Source of the DNA: Nemertoderma westbladi
Taxonomy: Eukaryota > Animalia > Xenacoelomorpha
DNA: 64,000 bases
Reading direction: 5' to 3'
Assembly: GCA_032718475.1 (NCBI GenBank)
Contig: JAUCBJ010009136.1
Location: forward strand, 207,572-271,571
Every line of letters starts with the position of its first letter. The stretch's first letter is position 1. A program made the translations under genes and the position numbers. Of the stretch, positions 23,573-33,760 are shown in pieces. The notes under the pieces were generated by a model that made no database searches, had not been told where the DNA came from, and was given only the letters and a program-made list of their open reading frames with translations.

Positions 23573-24370
23573 TTTTACTGAACTACGGTTCGGTAGGACT
23601 AAAGTTTTTTGAAAATTTTGTATTTTGAGGTAAAAATTTGTATTTGATTAGCTAAGTGCTAATTTTTTGAAATAAAATTTGATTTGAACCGCGTGTAAAA
23701 TATTTTTGGAATTGAATACCGGTGTTTAAAAAAGGGTTTAAATACCATATTGTACCGGTACAAAATTTTCGTAAAGTAAAACCTAACTCTTTTGTTTTTC
23801 AGGATTCAGAACTCATTTCTAGACTGTAACGGGAGCAAGACCGTGTTTAGCAAGTTTGGGAGATAGATAACTCAACAACTTTGGTTGGGAAAATCGCGTT
23901 TCGTCCGCAACGTTAAAAACGGAAAGGTTCACGTTCGGTTTGTATCTGGGAATCTGTTTTTCTGGAGAATCATTGGAGTGGGTGAGTTTGAAAAGTTGCA
24001 TAAATAAGTTAGGCATTACCGTATTAGTTAAAATTATTGTGGGTTCCACTGTCTCAAGTATTTATGCATTCCGTATGATTTCTTTGTTCATTGCTGAATT
24101 AGTCCGTATTATTGTATTTAATTTATCTTTTGATAACGCATATCGTTATCCGATTTATTTGTTATAAAATTGGCCGCTAGGCTAATTTTATTATATACTT
24201 ATTCCGTGACATTTATTTGCTGTAAAATTGGCCGTTTAGGCTAATTTTATCCATCTGCTATAAAATCGGCCGGTAGGCTAATTTTATAAGACTGTAATTA
24301 GTACCGTTTTGTACAAATACGGTAAACTCGATACTTTGACACTCACTTTACTTGACTTACAACTACCGAA

Positions 24371-24583
24371 ATGAGTGACAAACAAGACTATACGAAAAAT
24401 ACACAAACCGACTATGACTCATGTGACGGAGATAAGTCAGCAGCGGAAGAACAACAGGGGAAGACTCGCGAGCCTACCGAACCTACACCGTGTGCGTCAC
24501 CAGTACATCCAACGGGAGTACCGGATGCCGTAGTACGAGGTGACGGCAGGACCGAGGACTTTCTAAGTGTTCCGCAACCTTGA
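24371..24583 (+). CDS. 70-aa ORF in frame with Gag-Pol (probable Gag N-terminus cut by TGA, or uORF)
   Basis: 24599-24371 = 228 = 76 codons; a single TGA at 24581-24583 separates the two ORFs. Confidence 0.5.
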   Translation: MSDKQDYTKNTQTDYDSCDGDKSAAEEQQGKTREPTEPTPCASPVHPTGVPDAVVRGDGRTEDFLSVPQP

Positions 24584-24598
24584 TATAGGGAAACGGAC

Positions 24599-27500
24599 AT
24601 GGTAAGTTCAGCAGGAAGCCAGGAAAGTGTGGTTAGAAGCGTCGGAGGTTACATGGCGCATATAACCAGGAGTATTGGAGAAGGTCATCGCATATTAGAC
24701 GGGTTGACCGCTCCGATGTCTCGATTCGAGTTCTACACCCTCCAGGTTAGGGTACAGAGTAAAGTATATAAGTCCGTAGATAATCTAGTTGGCCTACAAG
24801 ATCTAGCTAGACAGAGACAGGACATGGATACTCAACTTAGAATCCTCGAGAAACTAATGATCGCTAGAGAGAAACTGATCCAGTTTAAGTCGACGATTAG
24901 ACAGATACAACAGGAACAAGCGGACCAGTTGTTAGGTGAGTCAGTTTCGGACGAATTATTACAGCCCGAGGAAGAACAGGAATTGTACCGATTGGATGGA
25001 CAATTGAAACATTTGACGGACCACTTACGTATGTGCGGCGAAGACGTCAGCGATTCGGAAACCGTGCCGGAATATACGAGGGAAACTTCACCCGTACGAA
25101 TCGAATCGGCACCGGGAATACTGGACCAATCGTTAGTGAGTATTCGCAGCGAAATTGGCGAGATAAGTATAGTGACGTCAGAAATTTCCAGACAGCAACA
25201 ACAGCACGACAGACAACGACGAGAAGCGGAGGAACAAGCACAACTGTTGACGGCACAAGCAGCGATGCAAGAAGAGAAACTACGCGTTGCGAATGTTGCA
25301 AGAATCTCTCATCTGCAAGAACAAGCCGAGTTGGAAGCAGCCGAGATGGAAAGGTTGGAGCTAGAAATAGCACAGCGAACAGCGACAGCTGAGTTAGCGC
25401 AACAAGCGGCAGCAGCTGAGTTAGAACGACAAGCAGCAGCAGCGGAGTCGGAGCGACGAGCAGCAGCAGCGGAGTCGGAGCGACGAGCAGCAACAGCGGA
25501 ACTAGAGCGACGAGCAGCGGAGTTGGAAGAACACAAGCGAGTTTCGGAAGCAAGAGCTGAAATGAAAAAACGGCAAATAAAGGCTCAATCAGCGATAAGA
25601 CAAGCGGAGCTCGAGGCGCAACAACAACAGACGGAACAACGCGAGAAGGAAGTTAAACTTCATTTCGAACTCGGAAAGAAGGCGAGAGAATTAGCCAATG
25701 CGAAGGAAGATCTGGATCTACAAGCCCGCGATCGATCGATGAGATCTCGAGATGGACACGATCTAGACCAGTTAGAGGTAAGGCACCGCCAAATCCAGGA
25801 ACGAATGAAGGAAGGTTCGGTAGGGGCACCTGGACGAGAAAGACAATTAGTTAAGGACTTATGTCAAAGATTCCCTCAGGTAACTCCTATGTTTGCACCT
25901 GTTACGACTAAAGAACCTGTTTCGATTGCTGGTAGCAGTGATATCTCTCCTATCCATGGTGTGACGGAACACAGGTTTGTTATTCCGGACAAGTTTATAC
26001 CTTCAAGAGCAACGTCGTCGCCTATTCCGAAAGTCAAGGTAAGTAACCCGCCGATTACAGATCGTAGTAGTTTGTTGACTGGACCTGCACTACTGACGAC
26101 TAAACAGGTGAGTCCACCGTCGACCCCTAAACCTGTTACACACTACGCTTACCCAATGACGTTTCGACCAACAAGGCCTTTGGATTCAAAAGCGGTCATT
26201 CGCCCACCGATTCAGTTTACATCGCAATCTACGACTTCGAGGAAGACTTGTGAGCCTACCGAACAACGGAGAACAGTGGAGACGCGACCGTTCAACCAGT
26301 GTACATCGCAATCTACGACTTCGAGGAAGACTTGTGAGCCTACCGAACAACGGAGACTAGTGGATACGCGACCGTTCAACCAGTGTACATCGCAATCTAC
26401 GACTTCGAGGAAGACTTGTGAGCCTACCGAACAACGGAGAATAGTGGACGATGTTCCGAAACGGAACGTTAGAATTCGTACGACGCAACGAACGCGAGCA
26501 CGTCGACCACCATATCCAGATGATAGTAGTACTTCGAGCGAATCGGATTACCCGAAACGCGAGGTATTTAGAACAGGGGCGGCCGATGAATATAAACGCG
26601 AGCGTTCAGACAACTCCTTTGCAGACAATCCTCCACAGAATACACCAACACAGAAGGCGTTACAACCAACGGACGCAATTAGTACACAACAGTTCGCCGA
26701 CATCATGCGACCAGTTGTTAACAAGTTGGCTCAGATCGAGGAACGTCTGGAGGAAGGTTACACCGACAGTTCGAGAAATTCCGAATTCGAACACAATAGA
26801 CACCCGAAGGAACCACAAAGACCGGTACCTTCAAAACACACATCGTATCAGGGAAAGGCGCCAAGAAGGGAGAATATCAACCAGGTTACCAACCAAGGAC
26901 GCGAAACTCTGAACGTTGCCGAGGAGATAGCGAAATTCGCAGCCAGACAAGGATTGCCGGTACAACAACCACCGAAGTTTTCCGGTAGCTCAAAACACTG
27001 GCATACTTTCGTAGACTATATCGAATCCCAGATCGCCGTGTGCGCCTTTACATCACGGGAGAAGTTTAATTACCTGCTTCAAACGTTGTCAGGAGAACCT
27101 AAACGTTTGGCGGAGACTTTCGTCGGTGTACCGGACGCTTTCGAACTAGCGTACGATCGTTTAACTTCGATATACGGAGGTACAGTTAGTATGGCCAGGT
27201 CAGTAATAGAGGAACTCTGTAAGGGAGGGGCTATCACTAAACCCGTCGACTTACTAAAACTAGCTGACGAGATCAAGAACGCTATCACTACCTTAAGATC
27301 AATTGGACAACTTGATTACGGGAATACCCCTACAGTCCTATTAAAGATCATAGGACGACTCCACCATCGACTTCGTCGGGAGTGGAGGAAGGTCGAATAC
27401 CAGCGAGAAGAGCGGGGAGGATTCTTAAAATTAGAAGATGTGTACCTTTTAATATCCAGGGAGGCGGTAGTAGAAACTCGATCTAACTACACCGACCAGC

Positions 27501-30500
27501 ACATCGTGGCAGAAGGGATCACATTGCCATCCTCCAACCGACAAAAACCCCAGACAACATCCACTAAGACGGCCACTTACACCACACCGACGGAATCACG
27601 ACAATTCTCGGACGGAGGTAGGGTATCTGCGCCCATTGGGACAAAACAAACGAGACAGCAACTTGGTACCGACTTCAGTGGCTGCCAATACTGCGAGCAT
27701 CTAGGTAAGCGGTATATCGGTCACAAGTTACGAGGTTGTCGACAATTTCGCGAGTTGAACTCGGAAGAGCGACGGCTGCAAATACGGCCACTGGACTCTT
27801 GTTGGCGGTGTACGCGACACGGACACGTCCGTAAAGATTGCCCAAATACCGACACTTGTCCATCCTGTGGACGCAACCACGACGGTCTGCTCCACACAGA
27901 CAGCCACACGCCGACGAAACGCTTCGCCAGGGAACACCCGGAAGCAGCAGCGAGATGTGATGCGGCTTACCGAAAACGAGAATCGAAAACGACTCCAACC
28001 TTCGTGACCCATATTGAGGATTGCTTCTCAGAACAATCCGGATCGTCGGACGAAGAATCAGAAGACGACGAATATTCCAATGGAGACGAACAACCGTCGA
28101 TCGCGCTTCTGACCACTGACCAACTGAAGGGATTCAGTGTAATCCCGATTAAGATCACTGGCACAAAGGGGAGTAAGAGGATCTACGCGATTCTAGATTC
28201 AGCCTCATCTCATAGCTACGTGGATGAAAAGATAGCTGACGTAGTGACGGATCTTAAACAAGGTAAGCATGTCAGTTATACAGTAAGTAGTATGCACGGA
28301 CAGCGTGCAATACCAGTAACACGAGTTAAGTTGGACTTAGACTCTCTTCTTCCAAAATCGCAGCACAGCGAGAGGGAGAGGTCTTTGTTGCCCTTTAGAG
28401 ATCTAACCTTTGCGGCCACGAAGGACTTTAGTAACCTACTAGGTCCAGTGCCGGAACAATCTCTAGAGGACCGTAAGTATTTCAGACACCTTGGTGTACC
28501 CGAATGTCCTGTCAATTATAGATCGGTAGCCATGCTGATCGGGACGGACCAATTCAACCTACATCAGGTGTGGGAAACTAGACCATCGGCAGTTGTAGCG
28601 GGAAACGCATACGCCTGCAGAACGCCGATAGGGTGGTATACTCGAGCGCCTATGCGCACACTAGACGTAAGTGACGAGGAAGACGATGTACAGAGTACAT
28701 GTAGTTTATTAACTACAAATTCAATTCATTCCTTTTCACACGACGTGAACCATACTACACTACAGTCGACAAAACATAACAGACGTGTAACTAGTATGAT
28801 AAGTCACAAGGAGCAGCTAATTCACCAGGTGAGTTTAGAACTTGGGGAGAAGACGAGTCAGCTAGAGATTCCATCGACGACAGATGATAGGCTTGCGAGT
28901 CTACCTACCCCAATAACCTCAACAGTGCCCGTCGAGATCGATGATGATGCGTTGAGAAATCATCAGTTGGAACAAGCTGTACTAGACAAGGAATTAACGG
29001 AGAAGACTATCAGGTGGTTGGAACAAGATACAGCTGAACCTGGTAGCTACGAACCTTGTATGTCAGAACAGGAGAAACAATCTCTGAAGATCATGGAAGA
29101 TACTATCCGCCAGACGAAAGACGGACATTATGAGGTAGGGATGTTATGGCGTAGCCAAAGTCCTAAACTTATAAACAACTATCCACTAGCCTTGAGACGT
29201 CTACACTCAATACGGCAACGTCTATTAAAGGACGAGAAAGCCCATCTGCAGTATAACACTCAGATGGAGACGTATTTGACTAAGGGATACGCTATCCGAA
29301 TGACTAACCCAGAGATAGTGACTAACCAGACATACTACCTGCCACATCACTATGTGAGACATCCCGACAAACCAGATAAAGTACGCGTAGTCAATGATTG
29401 TGCGGCTCTATTTGAGGGAATGTCCCTCAATAGTGAGTTGATGGATGGACCAAACATGAATAATTATCTTATGGGGGTGATTATGCGCTTCCGTCAGCGA
29501 CAAGTAGCTTTTACTTGTGACGTTGAAGCGATGTTTCACCAAGTGAGAGCGTTAGAGCGAGACAGAGACAGTTTGCGGTTCCTCTGGTACCCGGAAGGAG
29601 ACTTAAGTCTACCACCGGCGACTTACCAAATGCAAGTTCGCGTTTTCGGTGCCAGAGACAGCCCAAATTGCACGATGTACGCCCTAAAGCAGGCCGCTAG
29701 AGATCAGAAACACCTGTATGACCCAGAGATAATTAGAATTGTGGAACGTGACTTTTATGTAGATGACGGTTTACAGAGTTGCGACACAGTAGAACGTGCT
29801 ACAACAGTAGCACATCAATTACGGGACTGCTTAGCGGGCGGAGGTTTTAACCTCACCAAATTCGCCTCAAACAGTGCCGAATTAGTAGACTCATTCGGGA
29901 CGACTGAGCGTGGAGGTGGTGACATAGACCTAGAGTTCGAACCACTACCGACGACTAAGGTGTTGGGGCTCTTTTGGGACCCAAACACAGACAACTTCCG
30001 AGTGAAAGTGAGACTGGACAGTCAAGAGAACACACTGACAAAGAGATCATGCTTGTCAAAGTTGAGCCGATTGTTCGATCCGTTAGGATTCATCAGTCCA
30101 GTGATACTGCAAGCCCGCATTTATATGCGCAGTATATGGAAGGATGGACTAACATGGGACGAGCCGATCTCATCAGACCAAGTGGACTTATGGAAGACCT
30201 GGGAGGCGGAATTATCTTCGCTAGAGGATTATTCCATACCCAGGGTTTACTTTCCATTACAAAGTACATTTCCTGACAACTTGGAACTACACTGTTTTTC
30301 TGACGCCAGTGACAACGGTTTTGGTGTGGCAGCGTACTTGCGCAGACAAGTAGAATCAGACGAGTTCGATGTTTCGCTCATTACTTCTAAGGCTAAGACC
30401 ATGCCTACTAAGTATATGACGACACCACGAGCCGAGCTACAAGCCGCAACCCTGTCAACCACCATCGTGAACCTCATACAGACAGAACTACAGTCGAGTT

Positions 30501-33100
30501 TACAGATATTTTATTGGACTGACGCAACGTTGGTTTTATTTTACATAAACAACGACACACTCGAATTCAAGACATTCGTAGCTAACCGTCGCGCAGAAAT
30601 TCTAGATCGTTCAATAAAAGAGGATTGGCGACATTGTCCCGGACCACAAAACCCAGCTGATATTGCGTCGCGAGGAATGATGCCTGAGGAATTCTGTAAA
30701 CCGGAGAACAAAGAATTTTGGCAACACGGACCCCAATTCTTGCAGAAATCGACACAAGATTGGCCTCCGTTATACGACAACAAATCTAACACTATCCCAA
30801 AGGACGCCGAAATCAAGAAACCAAAAAAGGGGAAGACAAAGAAAAAGACAACGGCGGCAAAACTCAAGAAGAAACCGAAGGCAAAATGGAAAGATATAAC
30901 TTCAAAGGTCAAGAGAGGAAGACTTGCGAGCCTTTCTACACCAGACATATCGCCAGACGGTCAACCAGACACGTTACTAGACGGTCAACCAGACATTCTA
31001 CCAGACATTAGTAACGCATTGACAAACAGTAAAGCCGCAGTTTCCCTATTGGAGCGGCCTTCTATTGACAAACAACCAGATACGTTACCAGACGTATCGC
31101 CAGACACATTACTAGACAGTCGACTAGACACTAGTAACGTACTGACAAATAGTGAAGCCGCAGTTTCTCTATTGGAGCGGCCTTGTATTGACAAACTACC
31201 AATTTTGACACACTTGAGCAACCATAAGCAAGGTGAAACCTCATGTATTACAGATGTGGGTAGTACCTACGCTAATGTAAATACAGGTGTTACTTTGCGC
31301 TCAAGAGACATACCGAACTTGCAACCTATGGTGAGACCTGGGATTAATGTCGGCAGGAAAATAAGTTTACCGAAACCTGCTGACCCCATAGAGTTCAAAC
31401 CACCATTAACGATCGACTTACAAAGTACTGACGATCAAGGTAAGAAGACGAAGAAGGACAAATTACTTGTAGACCCCGACGGATCAACAGTCAACAAGGG
31501 AATACTTACCGGCGGACCCGTGGGCCCTTCTAGTAATTCAAAACCTTCCAAAATCTCCATTGACTTACCTGATGACGTCACAAATACTCATGTCGACCGT
31601 ATTGTAAACCTAACAGATTCTTGGACAAACGCTTGCCGAAAATTAGCGTGGATTGTACGTTTTGTACAATACGTTAAAGGCAAACGTGACTTTACACGTC
31701 GACTTACATTGGCTGAGATTGACAGGTGTGAGATTAAATTAATTCGCCATTACCAACTGCGATATTTCGCGCGCGAATTCACATCCATAAATCAAGGTCA
31801 ACCAATCAAGTTGTCACCAATACTGAGTTGGAGTCCGATTATTTATAATGGCTTAATTTATCATAAATCTCGGCTTCAAAACATTGACTTTAACACAAAC
31901 TTTAGGTACCCAATAATAATACCGCAACACCACGAACTACAACGTGCAATGATACTGGACGCACATCTACATCTGAAACACGCTGGAAGACACCACTGTC
32001 TTTCCTACTTACGTACTAGATTTGTATTAATTAGACCCAGTAAAGCATTAAGTTCAGTGACACGTACGTGTATTATTTGTAAAAAGGTACATTCTAGAAT
32101 AGGTACCCAAGAAATGAGTGAACTACCACAAGCACGACTTCAAGCATTCAAACCACCTTTTACAGAGACTGGAATTGATTGCTTTGGTCCCATACATACG
32201 AAACGTGGACGTATACTAGTAAAACGCTGGGGACTGATTTTCACATGTATGTCCAGTAGGGCAGTTCATATTGAACGTGTGATGGATCTTTCCACCTACG
32301 CGTTTATACTAGCACTGCGGCGATTTATCGCTAGACGCGGACTAGTAAAATGCTTGTACTCAGACCAAGGGACAAACTTTGTTGGTGCTCGGAATGAGAT
32401 TGCTAGAGCCTTTAAGAAATTAGATCATGATCAAATCTCGAACGAACTACAACCTCACAAGATTGTTTGGAAGTTCAACCCTCCAGATAGTCCTTGGAGA
32501 GGCGGAGTCTGGGAGAGATTGATTAGATCTATAAAGACAGCCATGGCAAAGGTCATTCCAGTAAACCACATATTAACAGACGACCAACTGACAACATTGT
32601 TTGTTGAAATCGAGGCAATACTAAATACTAGACCAATAGTATTAGTACCCGATGACAAACAATCTCAATTTGCTTTAACACCAGCACACCTGCTAATGCA
32701 GGCACCGACTACTTTGACGCCGATTTCTATTCCAATAGAAAGCGACAGCTACGGTAGAAAAGCGTGGAAAATCACGCAACTACTAGCTAACAAATTCTGG
32801 GAAATATGGCAAAACCATTATTTGCCCTCTATTTCTGCCAGAACAACTTGGTACAATAACACCCGCGCATTAAAGCCGGGAGATCACGTGCTGTTGGCAG
32901 AAGTGAATCTAAAAAGACGCTTCTGGATAACAGGTGTAATTTTAGCCACACATCCATCTATGGATGGAGTGACAAGAACTGTGACGGTACGGACAATTGA
33001 CGGTCGTACAGTAGACAGACCGACTCAACGTCTCGTACTTCTTGAAGAGACTCGTAACGAGTCTGGAGACTACAAATCTCCACCTAATACTAGTAAATAA
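24599..33100 (+). CDS. BEL/Pao Gag-Pol polyprotein, 2833 aa
   Basis: Coiled coil; Gag PKFSG..W; three Cys/His knuckles ending CPSCGRNHDGLLH; protease ILDSAS; RT FTCDVEAMFHQ and FYVDD; RNase H HCFSDAS, WTDA, NPADIASRG; integrase GIDCFGP, SDQGTNF, GGVWERLI. Confidence 0.97.
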   Translation: MVSSAGSQESVVRSVGGYMAHITRSIGEGHRILDGLTAPMSRFEFYTLQVRVQSKVYKSVDNLVGLQDLARQRQDMDTQLRILEKLMIAREKLIQFKSTIRQIQQEQADQLLGESVSDELLQPEEEQELYRLDGQLKHLTDHLRMCGEDVSDSETVPEYTRETSPVRIESAPGILDQSLVSIRSEIGEISIVTSEISRQQQQHDRQRREAEEQAQLLTAQAAMQEEKLRVANVARISHLQEQAELEAAEMERLELEIAQRTATAELAQQAAAAELERQAAAAESERRAAAAESERRAATAELERRAAELEEHKRVSEARAEMKKRQIKAQSAIRQAELEAQQQQTEQREKEVKLHFELGKKARELANAKEDLDLQARDRSMRSRDGHDLDQLEVRHRQIQERMKEGSVGAPGRERQLVKDLCQRFPQVTPMFAPVTTKEPVSIAGSSDISPIHGVTEHRFVIPDKFIPSRATSSPIPKVKVSNPPITDRSSLLTGPALLTTKQVSPPSTPKPVTHYAYPMTFRPTRPLDSKAVIRPPIQFTSQSTTSRKTCEPTEQRRTVETRPFNQCTSQSTTSRKTCEPTEQRRLVDTRPFNQCTSQSTTSRKTCEPTEQRRIVDDVPKRNVRIRTTQRTRARRPPYPDDSSTSSESDYPKREVFRTGAADEYKRERSDNSFADNPPQNTPTQKALQPTDAISTQQFADIMRPVVNKLAQIEERLEEGYTDSSRNSEFEHNRHPKEPQRPVPSKHTSYQGKAPRRENINQVTNQGRETLNVAEEIAKFAARQGLPVQQPPKFSGSSKHWHTFVDYIESQIAVCAFTSREKFNYLLQTLSGEPKRLAETFVGVPDAFELAYDRLTSIYGGTVSMARSVIEELCKGGAITKPVDLLKLADEIKNAITTLRSIGQLDYGNTPTVLLKIIGRLHHRLRREWRKVEYQREERGGFLKLEDVYLLISREAVVETRSNYTDQHIVAEGITLPSSNRQKPQTTSTKTATYTTPTESRQFSDGGRVSAPIGTKQTRQQLGTDFSGCQYCEHLGKRYIGHKLRGCRQFRELNSEERRLQIRPLDSCWRCTRHGHVRKDCPNTDTCPSCGRNHDGLLHTDSHTPTKRFAREHPEAAARCDAAYRKRESKTTPTFVTHIEDCFSEQSGSSDEESEDDEYSNGDEQPSIALLTTDQLKGFSVIPIKITGTKGSKRIYAILDSASSHSYVDEKIADVVTDLKQGKHVSYTVSSMHGQRAIPVTRVKLDLDSLLPKSQHSERERSLLPFRDLTFAATKDFSNLLGPVPEQSLEDRKYFRHLGVPECPVNYRSVAMLIGTDQFNLHQVWETRPSAVVAGNAYACRTPIGWYTRAPMRTLDVSDEEDDVQSTCSLLTTNSIHSFSHDVNHTTLQSTKHNRRVTSMISHKEQLIHQVSLELGEKTSQLEIPSTTDDRLASLPTPITSTVPVEIDDDALRNHQLEQAVLDKELTEKTIRWLEQDTAEPGSYEPCMSEQEKQSLKIMEDTIRQTKDGHYEVGMLWRSQSPKLINNYPLALRRLHSIRQRLLKDEKAHLQYNTQMETYLTKGYAIRMTNPEIVTNQTYYLPHHYVRHPDKPDKVRVVNDCAALFEGMSLNSELMDGPNMNNYLMGVIMRFRQRQVAFTCDVEAMFHQVRALERDRDSLRFLWYPEGDLSLPPATYQMQVRVFGARDSPNCTMYALKQAARDQKHLYDPEIIRIVERDFYVDDGLQSCDTVERATTVAHQLRDCLAGGGFNLTKFASNSAELVDSFGTTERGGGDIDLEFEPLPTTKVLGLFWDPNTDNFRVKVRLDSQENTLTKRSCLSKLSRLFDPLGFISPVILQARIYMRSIWKDGLTWDEPISSDQVDLWKTWEAELSSLEDYSIPRVYFPLQSTFPDNLELHCFSDASDNGFGVAAYLRRQVESDEFDVSLITSKAKTMPTKYMTTPRAELQAATLSTTIVNLIQTELQSSLQIFYWTDATLVLFYINNDTLEFKTFVANRRAEILDRSIKEDWRHCPGPQNPADIASRGMMPEEFCKPENKEFWQHGPQFLQKSTQDWPPLYDNKSNTIPKDAEIKKPKKGKTKKKTTAAKLKKKPKAKWKDITSKVKRGRLASLSTPDISPDGQPDTLLDGQPDILPDISNALTNSKAAVSLLERPSIDKQPDTLPDVSPDTLLDSRLDTSNVLTNSEAAVSLLERPCIDKLPILTHLSNHKQGETSCITDVGSTYANVNTGVTLRSRDIPNLQPMVRPGINVGRKISLPKPADPIEFKPPLTIDLQSTDDQGKKTKKDKLLVDPDGSTVNKGILTGGPVGPSSNSKPSKISIDLPDDVTNTHVDRIVNLTDSWTNACRKLAWIVRFVQYVKGKRDFTRRLTLAEIDRCEIKLIRHYQLRYFAREFTSINQGQPIKLSPILSWSPIIYNGLIYHKSRLQNIDFNTNFRYPIIIPQHHELQRAMILDAHLHLKHAGRHHCLSYLRTRFVLIRPSKALSSVTRTCIICKKVHSRIGTQEMSELPQARLQAFKPPFTETGIDCFGPIHTKRGRILVKRWGLIFTCMSSRAVHIERVMDLSTYAFILALRRFIARRGLVKCLYSDQGTNFVGARNEIARAFKKLDHDQISNELQPHKIVWKFNPPDSPWRGGVWERLIRSIKTAMAKVIPVNHILTDDQLTTLFVEIEAILNTRPIVLVPDDKQSQFALTPAHLLMQAPTTLTPISIPIESDSYGRKAWKITQLLANKFWEIWQNHYLPSISARTTWYNNTRALKPGDHVLLAEVNLKRRFWITGVILATHPSMDGVTRTVTVRTIDGRTVDRPTQRLVLLEETRNESGDYKSPPNTSK

Positions 33101-33760
33101 TTAGGAGTTTACAAATAGATTTCCACGTACCTGTACACTGTAGTAAGGACAGCGGTAGAATTCCATTGTCTTTATATGTGAACATTGAGGGTAGTACCCT
33201 TATGTGTCACATAGGAGCGGGATTTGTAGGTATAAGAAATGGAATTCTACTTGGAACTCACAATATTGAGACATTTTCGAAATTTTAGACAATCCATTTG
33301 GATTTGAAAATTTTTAAAATTTTCTCCAGTGAATAGATTTCAGGGTACAGTCGGGTGGAACTTAAAATTAGAGAAACAAGAGAGGAAGACTTGCGAGCCT
33401 TTCTTAAAAATTTTAATTAAATTTTACACGGTCTTGTTTCAATAAGTTACGTCAATAAATAGACTCCCCTATATTTATTACTAATTCTTGACTGCTTATT
33501 TTCTGATAATAGTTTGGGATCAAAAAGTGAGTATTTTAGACTCACAGCCAGTTTAGCCCAAATTCGTTTTTACTTCGGCAAAAATTTTAGATAAGAAGCA
33601 GCGTGTCATTAAAGAAACCCTAGATCTTAGGCTATGGGTAGGAGGTTAGAGCGTTGTCGAAGCCCAAAGGGCAGACGAAACTCTCACGTCTCCTCACAAC
33701 TAACTACAAACTCTGTTGTATTCCCTCTAGTAGTAATGATTATGTAACTACACCCTAATT

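Noticed and set aside
33640-33695. Hammerhead ribozyme (stem followed by GAAAC)
   Set aside because: No CUGANGA core upstream of the stem.
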